A DNA stretch of 64,000 bases from Raillietiella orientalis (lineage: Eukaryota). A program made the position numbers and the translations under genes. The stretch lies in NCBI GenBank assembly GCA_036172245.1, contig JAYWIR010000012.1, forward strand, positions 682,001-746,000. The letters run 5' to 3'. Positions 56,050 to 64,000 of the stretch are shown here, in pieces (position 1 is the first letter of the stretch; each line of letters starts with the position of its first letter). The notes beneath the pieces are model-generated. The model had not been told where the DNA came from. It saw only the letters and a program-made list of their open reading frames with translations, and searched no databases.

Positions 56050-56335
56050 TTACATCAACTTTTCCTCTATCAGATATTTAATTGGATAGAAGTTACCATT
56101 TTTAGCAGCATAGTGCAAAGGTGCTTTATTATACTTATCTCGAGCATGAACGTTGGCTCCTTTCTTCTCTATCAGATATTTAACTAAATCTAAATTACCG
56201 CTTTTAGCTGCACGGTGCAAAGGTGTTTGATTATCCTTATCTTTAGCATTAACATCAGCTCCTTTCTCTTCTATCAAGTATTTGACTAAATATAAATTAC
56301 CAGCTCCAGCAGCAGAGCATGTAGGCGTTTGACTA
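56050..56335 (-). pseudogene. Fragment of a bacterial ankyrin-repeat gene (about three 102-nt repeats)
   Basis: AAGAGNLYLVKYLIEEKGADVNAKDKDNQTPLHRAAKSGNLDLVKYLIEKKGANVHARDKYNKAPLHYAAKNGN. Confidence 0.85.
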
Positions 56336-56683
56336 TACCTACCCCAAACTTGACAAACTTTGGAGCAATAGCATCAGATTGACAATTCATCGAGCACTTA
56401 AAAACAAAGGATTCACAAGAAAAAAAAGACCTACGGACATAAAGAAAGAAGTGAGGAAAAGCGAGCTCAGTTTGCAAAGATTATAGCAACAAAAAATCCT
56501 GATGATCTCATGTACATAGATGAATCAGGAATAGACGACACTGAAGATAACGCTTATGGATATTGTAGAAAAGGAGAGAGGTTTCATGCGCTAAAATCTG
56601 GAGTGAATAGTCAGCGTATTAGCATGATTGCAGCGTTAAATAAAAAGAAAATAATTGCCCCGTTGACCTTTGAAGGATAATGT
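56335..56683 (+). mobile_element. IS630-family transposase fragment
   Basis: IHRALKNKGFTRKK / -1 shift at A8G 56420-56428 / KTYGHKERSEEKR...LMYIDESGIDD..YGYCRKGERF...RISMIAALNKKKIIAPLTFEG. Confidence 0.88.
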
Positions 56684-57140
56684 CAGTGAGGTGCACGATC
56701 AGGGAGAGGTCCTCTGTTATGGGGAAGAGCTGGCGCCTTCCGATCATGGTCGAAGTTCGCAGTAATCACTGGGTTAGGGTCGCGTCCTTGAAAGCCTGAC
56801 CTCGACGGCCCTTCCCCCGGCCAGAACGGAGAGCGCGCAAAGCTCTTCCGGTTTAATTTGCAGTCACTGAAGCTCCCTCGAGAAGGAGAGCGCGACAGCA
56901 AGGTCATACAAAGGGCCTACCTTATATCTCAGGCATGGATTATAGGCCTGCGCGTTGATAGCAGCCGCAGGCAAGGGTGCCGCAGCCACCATGCTCCAAG
57001 TCTTCCTGCTGGGGGAAGACGATCCTTCTTTGGAGAGGACAGCGTTCACCTCGTTCTCCTCGTTCTCCCCGGGTGGTGAGGCTTCTGCCCCTCTTCCCAA
57101 GGGCGCTGATAGGCTTTGAGGACATCGGGTTGCCGCCAAA
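56682..57140 (-). mobile_element. LINE ORF1 N-terminal fragment, collinear with the piece left of the endosymbiont insert
   Basis: KTWSMVAAA, LQIKPEELCALSVLAGGRAVEVR, LSLIVHL. Confidence 0.55.
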
Positions 57141-57299
57141 CACTATTCCACACTTCACGGGTTGGTGACCTCGCGGAGAGCTCAGAGGCACGTTCGACCG
57201 GCAGAGAGCAGTGATCGCAAACATCGGTTGCATCGGTGCCATAGCCACAGCCAGCCATGTGTTGGAGTCAGATTTGTAGTGAAGAGAGGCCACCAGCAT

Positions 57300-60200
57300 G
57301 GAAGGAGTCCTCATGAGGACAGTAGCAAGATCCCCTCATCTGCCAGAAGTCCCAAGAGAGATCGCCACTGTTCAGAGCCGCTTCAAGAAAGAAAGGAACG
57401 CCTATAGCCGAAGACCCCTGCCCCACCCTCCCGTCTTTTTGTTAATTTATTTATTGTTCCCTCCCTCCGTTCTCAACTTGCTGTAGACCGACCTTCGTGC
57501 CGGTGATTAAACCGAAAGTTGTTCTTATTTTTTTTGGCGAATCTCGTTTTTGAGTGGTTCCTCTCCCTTCTTACTAGTATTTTTTTGAAAATAAATGTAT
57601 CGACATCACCGGGTGAAAACACCATGAGCATCGATAAGTTCAGTACCAGGGGGAGGCAGCTTAGTTGCGAAGCACTGAAAGAATTGCGCAGGCAGGACAT
57701 CCTTACCTAATGCCTTCCATCCCCACTCTGCCACGTTGGCGGAAGAAACTTCCCCCGTCGCGGATGGTTCTTCGGCACATGCGCGTTCTTCCTACTCGAT
57801 TGCGGGTCGCCTTCCAAGGGTAGGAGCCACACCGCCCCCTTTCGACGGCGCCGTTGCGTCCAGCGAAGACAAACAGCACGTTACAGTGCAGCGTCCGTTA
57901 ACTGGGCCGAACATTTCCGTCCTCGGTCGTCGAGCGGATGAGCTGCTCCAGAATTCCAGGCCTGACGCTCAACACACTCACTCCGTTTTCTCGGCGTGCA
58001 GGAGGCTTAGCCTCTGGAGAAGGTGTGCGCCTACAAAGAAGTTCCGAAGTCGACCACTATTTCTCCATAGTCACTCCGAAACAGGTGCGAGGGACATCGG
58101 ACTGCAAAAGCGCGAGGTTGAGCACTCCTCTTTGTCCCGGTCTCGAAGTTCCTGTGTGAAGAAGTCTGTGAAGTACTGACGAAGATGTTCGACCTCCTCC
58201 GGATGGCTGAAGCGGCATCCACCATATGCTGTTGGAAGGTCTTTTATCGGGAGGCAGTGGTTCCAACTCCAGTCTGGAGTAATAGTATGACTCCCAAATC
58301 CTCCTCCTTCCTCCAGGAAAACACGTGAGCGCAAGATCCTTCCATGCCAGGTTTGCTGGCAAGCAGGTTGCACTCGCGCACGGAAGCGCACAACCACGCT
58401 CACCAGCGACCTTCCTTTCTTCAAAAGTTCTTTCGTCTCCTACATCCCCTAATTTTGTCTACCTCGTCCCCAGAGGGACGAAAAAGCGGACGAAGGACTT
58501 TCATAAATTGCCTTCTGGGATAAATGAAGGTCTAAAATCCAGTTGAAGTACTTCTGCACTCCCCGTCGAGATAGCGGCGCACCTCTCCTCACTCTGGAGC
58601 CAATGCAGCGGGGATGGGGAACGTTAGCCATCGCAGCGAAGTATTGGAGCATCTAACGGTGCGCTCGCGCACGTTCCCTCTCCAGCTGTATAGTCCGGAC
58701 AGAACAACTTGCGTCCCACCTTTTGTGTCAAGTCGAAAAAGTAAGAAAGTGCAGGGTACTCCACGGACGCAAGGCCAACTTGCAAAAGGAGAGCGACTGG
58801 ATGACCTATTCTTCTCCAGCTCTAGAGCTTGGCTAAATAAAGCAGTTTGCACGTAAGCGAAGATAAAGAATCGCACCTCAGAAAAGTGGAACTGCCAGCA
58901 TCTCGCGATGTACGCTAACTGCTTTCTGCGAAGGATCTAGGAGAGTCCAGACATTTGAAGGTGGGCAGAACAGATCCTCTCGCTGCAACGCCGCGCTTGC
59001 TGATGAGGACGGTGGGCTGCAGCCAACTGTAGAGATCGGAAATCCTTTGCGAGATGGCGGGAAGCAGGAAGATCACGAGTGGTTAAATCATGAGGCAGAT
59101 AACCAACGATGCAATCCCAAGTTCCCTTCTACAAGGACAACGACGTTGTCAGAAGCTGCTCAGTATTCTCAATGAAGACCTGGAGTGTCCCCAAAGTTCG
59201 GGAGCAGAAGCACTCTCCTCCAGAGTGGAAAGGGTCCGCACTTCTGCTATTGCACTGGGATCTTTCTTGCTACTCCCGCCAATATCAGTGGACACTGGGG
59301 AGTGCGAACCCGGGCTGACACAGGTGCTGGGAGAGGGAAGCTCTTTCGCAAATGATTGTAGATTGTGCTGCTTTACGGCCCCCGTGGAAATGTTATGGGA
59401 CGACCGTGAGAATCCCGAATAACATCCTCAGAGATGCTGCGGAACTACTCTTCCCTCAGGGTGCCCTACCGCCAGTATCAGCGTTAGCAGTACTTTGGGA
59501 TTGTACGCGCCTGGAGTGAGGTTAAAAGGGAACCATCAAGAGAATCCTCATGGCAGCATCTGGTTGGAATCGGGACAGACATCGACGAATACATGCAAAG
59601 GACGCCCTGCGACAAGTGATCTCATCTCGGTCCCCCCAGATTTTATGGTTCGGATTTCATAAACTCCCTTTCTTTACTTTTACTTTACTTCTCTACTCCT
59701 CAGCCGTGGGGAACCTCTCCGCTCTATACACCGAAAACCTGTGAAAGGTCCGTGAACAAATAAGAGTTTGGTAGGATCACTTGTCCTATCACAATTAATG
59801 AGCTATTTTTAATTGCAATAGTCCCAGCGTGTCTTGGTGAAAAGTAGAAGGCGTCTGCTGTTCGCAAGCAGGTGGACGTTGAAGCACCTTGCGACCAGAT
59901 GTGCTGCTCTTGAGCCGGAGATCGCGAGCAATCAGCTTCAAAAAACGTCGAAAAATTTCCCTCTTTCGGAGCGCCGCTCAAAGCATCTTGAAGAGTAAAC
60001 CCTCCAGTCGACGGTCACGATCGAGTCTGACCAAGTTACGACAAGTTGACCGCTCTCGTCCTTCCCCATCCAAACAAACATTGCTCACGGGTAATGCCAA
60101 CATTTTACGCGACTGTACACCCTCCTATGGCGGCGCGAGTCCCGTTGTGAACCTCCTGTAGGAGCACCAAGCTGAAAACAGAGCACCGCTCCTCTTTTCA

Positions 60201-61200
60201 TCGTCGTGCAGCCCGTCGACATTCCGTCGGGAAACTGAGACGACCCTGAGGACGGGATTGCCTACATCCGTGGCTGAGGAGATTGTGGCGTATTTCCCGC
60301 ACCGTGGTGCAAGTGACCTTCCTGCAGCACGGATGACGTTGAAGCGCCTTCTCTGCTTTTTGTCTCCGTACTGCACATTGCCCATTTCTCGGGGGCGAGG
60401 ATCACCTCCGGATTTGTTGTAATGAGAGGCTTGAGAACCCGCACCTTTGAGAGCGGCGCACCCTTTTTAGTTCTTTGCTGACTGAGACCCCAGACCGGGC
60501 AACAGCGGTGGGACGCAAGAAAGACTTTTCACCTGCCGGCGGATACGCCAAGGACCCGCCCAACTGGACGGCGCATGCAAAACAGACAGAACAGCCTTCT
60601 GCCTCATGCATGAAAACGGCTAAGCCCTGCCTGGAAGTGAGCGGAACTCACGTATCAGGTAAGTCCAAGAGAACACAATTTCCAAAGACATGCACAAGAG
60701 ACGGTGCGCTAAATGACGCGATTTTGTGACCCAACCACCTTGTTTAAAGATGGACGTCTATTCGTGAAATATCTCGAGCGTTTGTAGGACCTCACCCCAG
60801 GGTCGCCTTGAAAGTCCGGGGGCACAGGGCACAGCGCCCAAAAAGTAGCTTTGAATTCCGAATAAACGACAGCTGGATGAGAGGAGACAGGAGGCAGCCG
60901 TAAAAACCTTTCCACGAGGTTTCCATCTCAGGCCGAATTCGGGGGAAAAGACTTTTCGTGCGAATCTTCGTTCGAGTTCGCTGTTGGCTTCTGCAAAGCC
61001 ACGGAGAGCAGAAATGCCTCTGACTGCTGGGAATCAGTTCGAAGAAGAGTTTCTGGCTTGCGCTGGCGGCCTTAAGACTGCGACCTCTGCATGTGGAACC
61101 AAAAGATCAGGGTTGACATCCCGCTCTGGAAAAAATGGAAGCAGAGAATGGGGATGCGTCGTGAGTTTCAAGTTCCTCACGCTGGATAATTCTGGTTGGC
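57300..61200. mobile_element. Further scrambled L1/Tx1-clade fragments
   Basis: Minus GIR*GCP (about 57700); minus decayed RT core CLDSPRSF...CVRGVPCTFLLF...FA(D)D-like (58500-59100); plus zf-RVT HRCWEREALSQMIVDCAALRPPW with T-rich tail (59200-59700); minus ORF1-like piece (60200-60450). Confidence 0.7.
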
Positions 61201-61821
61201 CTCGTTTGACATAGGGTGAGGCAATGGCGGAAGTTGGAAACCGTATGCTCCCGCTAACTGGTCGGAATTGGAACTAGACCATCTATGGTTCTTCAAGATA
61301 TCAAGTAGCTCTGAAGTTTTCCCCTTTGTTCCTATGAAAATAAAAAAAATTCTCTTTCTCAGAAAAGACTGCATTGGTGCCATGGATCTGGTACATATCC
61401 CGCTTGGAGATGGTAGCCTCTCCTTGGTGTAAAAAGCGTGCTGCTTCTTTCCAAGATCGCCAATCCGAGAGATCTGGAAGCGCCAATTGGTGTTTCGTAT
61501 GATGATAGGTTGGCTGTGAAGGAAATTTCCACGTCTTTGCGTGCGTGTAGGTGGTTGCGGAAAGAGCGTCGCATGCCACGTGAAGAGCGCATCTCTTGAA
61601 GGATGGGTTCTCCGCATCAGGCCTTCTGTGCACCTTTTGCATGACGATGTCAACTGCAGTGGCGCTGTGAAAATGTCATCATCGCTGTGGTGGACTCCAT
61701 CCGCTAGCGTGTAACTGTTGGTCTGAACTGAAGGAATCCAGATTGAATCAGCATCACGAGCATACATGATTTACGACGAATTCACTTTCATTCCATGGCA
61801 ACTGCGAACGACCTTCTGTTA

Positions 61822-61984
61822 TCAATTCAGGTTATAAACGATCATTTTTTGCTGCGCTAGAAAGAAGCGCACTGCATACTTCTGTACAGAGAACGTACCT
61901 AGATACACAGCCTCATCAGGAAATTTTTGAAAGATGCTGGACCGCAATTCCGCATAGACCCTCTGCATCACAGTTTGATTTCAC
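61822..61984 (-). pseudogene. Paralogous last exon of the pepsin-like gene, +1 frameshift, upstream exons missing
   Basis: cag acceptor then VKSNCDAEGLCGIAVQHLSKI / PDEAVYLGTFSVQKYAVRFFLAQQKMIVYNLN*; 163 nt versus 162 nt in the intact copy. Confidence 0.85.
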
Positions 61985-62269
61985 CTGAGATCGCCGAAAA
62001 AGCCAAGCGCAATTTTGTACAACCAGAGTCGTACACATTACCAGCAGGAACGATGGATGAGTGGAACAAGAGAGATGTTGCATTAGAGCGAAGGCAAGAA
62101 GTTGAGCTGACAGTGAGGGATTGAGCTCTTCAGGCGCAGCATCCAGGCGGAAGCGACAAGCACTCGTACAACATGTGAATACACTCGCTTTACCAAAATT
62201 TACAACTCGCTTCGTATCGAAAGATACACGAACCGGTTCGTGTTCAGTGTAATTCTTCAGGATAGGGGG

Positions 62270-63145
62270 CACCCCGGGATGAGGGGGTTCGCCCTATGAA
62301 TCCAGGAAAGGCTCGGAGTCCGTTCCTCTCACGCTTGGGGAGCGATCTCCCCTGGACGAAGGGGATCGCACCTCCCACCCTGGTTGTCTCCGAAGGGGAA
62401 CCCCGATGGGAACCTCCTTCCTCATTCTCTCCGGAGGGACGTTCCCTGGGAGGGGGGTGGTCCTCTCCATTTCAACTTCTCCGAAGGGAACCCGGAAAGG
62501 ATCCGCTTGTAGGAATTTCTTCTCCGGAGGGAACCTGCAAGGAAACCGCTCCTGTTCACTCCTCTGAAGAGAACCCCGAAAGGACGCTTCCGAAACTCAG
62601 AAGGGGTTCTGCAGCTTCCCGCAGGGAATCGCTCCCGCTTGCTCCCTTGCACTCTGTGAAGAGGCAACGACTCGGAGGGTCCCCCGAAACAGGGGGGTCC
62701 TCTCCTTTGAATAACTGGAGAGGTTCCCGTGAGGGCCCTTGCTCCATCTTGAAACCGGAAGGGTCTCCCGGTGAGGGGGGTCCTCTCTCCGTTGTACGAC
62801 CGGAGGGGGAACTCCCCACTCCTTTATTCGTGGGAAGACCCGGAGGTCAATTTCCCATTGTTCCGTCCTTCATCGGGGACCTCCGGCTTAATCCACCGCC
62901 GGTGCCACGCCCGAATGTCTCGGCCAGCCAGCGCCATTGCAGGAGAAACTCGGAACTCGACGACGCAGTGGCGTCAGAGTTTCTGCCGGAGTATTCGAAC
63001 CTGCGACGCATGGTGTCACGCGCGGAAGCCTTAACCACAAGGCCTCCGGTTCGTGTTTTGGGAGAAGGGGATGTCAACCACCTCAGTTACCTTCAGATAC
63101 CCATTCTCCTCATAAAGATTGTGGCCTCGACACGCCAGCCGTTCT
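62270..63145. repeat. GC-rich insertion with degenerate internal repeats
   Basis: Recurring TCTCCGGAGGGA, CTCCGAAGGG and GGGGGTCCTCTC motifs; lies between duplicated blocks A and B. Confidence 0.5.
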
Positions 63146-64000
63146 GAGGAGCCGACTATAAGCGGAGATGGGTGATAAAAGGAGCACACGCCACAAACTT
63201 TCCACGAAAACATCCCTTGAACGATGCGCAACTAAAAATGGAATTCAATGCTGTGTCTTGCGGCTTCTTCAAAGAAAAAGTCAGTGTGGATCACGAAGAT
63301 TTCCCCTTAAAAACTTAATCTCGACTCTGCCGCTGCTCCTTGAGCTCTTTCTGGAAAGAGAACCGGATGAGTACTTTGGACATGAACATTCGAATTGTAG
63401 GCTCCAGCGGCAGCTCTTTCCAGACTGAATGGGCTACGAACGGAAAGTCTTCCCACAGATTCAACTTCGACTTGGAATGGTTCGCAGGACAATGGACTTC
63501 GGTTACAAGGAAGGGTCGAATTTCTTGCGCTTGAACTCGGTCCTCAAATTGTTCGTGGATGCTCGAGGAAACGCGTGTTGAGGAATGAAATCGTTAGAAC
63601 GGCTACCCAGCAAAGTGCACTGTTCAGACGCGCTAAGGAGGAGATCATGCTGATCAGCTGTCGCAGGGAGGGGGAGAAGGGGAACACGACATTTAGGTAT
63701 GGCGTTTCCCATCTCATTCCCTGTGGGGATGTCATGACTTCACCAGCAACAAGAAAAGCTCTTCATGAACGGCAGTCGAGCTCATCAGCAATAGAATGAC
63801 GATGAAAAGTATTCCTGCTCTATCTGCGGAAAAGAATCAAGAGGGAGCTGCAACCAACATGAAGATTTTCTAATGATGAGATGGTGTTTCGAGATCGTAT
63901 CGATGAATGCAGCTAGCGGTTGCCCAGCATCTCACTGGTATCCCAGCACCGCACAGAAGGTATCAGCTTTCTCAACACTAGAGATCCGTTCATGGAGCAA

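Larger units (their letters stand above)
54735..56685. other. Nuclear insertion of endosymbiont (Wolbachia-like) DNA; mosaic of at least 7 gene fragments
   Basis: Sharp drop in GC relative to both flanks; intron-less bacterial gene pieces in alternating orientation; GTCA at both ends. Confidence 0.88.

Noticed and set aside
56050..56335. Ankyrin repeats as part of mib1 or another host gene
   Set aside because: Lies 25 kb upstream of the mib1 start, lacks splice signals and sits among bacterial fragments.
61177..61767. 196-aa ORF as a viral or novel protein
   Set aside because: It is the duplicated 3' flank of the pepsin-like gene; differences from 42620-43085 fall on all codon positions and the frame is not preserved there.
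1..64000. CRISPR array, rRNA or prokaryotic operon
   Set aside because: No regularly spaced repeats or rRNA signatures; the window is spliced eukaryotic DNA apart from the 2-kb insert.

Overview
Invertebrate animal (eukaryotic) genomic DNA; most entries in the supplied ORF track are spurious. Left half: a mind bomb 1 (mib1) E3 ligase gene on the minus strand. I traced ten GT-AG, phase-consistent exons from 31540 to 6608; the gene mixes 47-52 nt micro-introns with a 15.8 kb intron and runs off the left edge before its RING domains. A possible degenerate RING gene lies head-to-head with it. Right half (about 37-64 kb): a debris field of short, decayed, scrambled L1/Tx1-clade LINE fragments in both orientations. 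Embedded in it are (i) an apparently intact 8-exon pepsin-fold gene that has lost both catalytic aspartates (Asp->His, Asp->Ser), plus a diverged pseudogenic duplicate of its last exon and flanks, and (ii) a roughly 1.95 kb mosaic of at least seven non-contiguous Wolbachia/Rickettsiales-like fragments (nitronate monooxygenase, uvrC, uvrA, IS5, two ankyrin pieces, IS630). The mosaic sits inside one LINE ORF1 copy and is flanked by a 4-bp GTCA direct repeat. All homology calls come from manual translation and remembered family motifs, not database searches.
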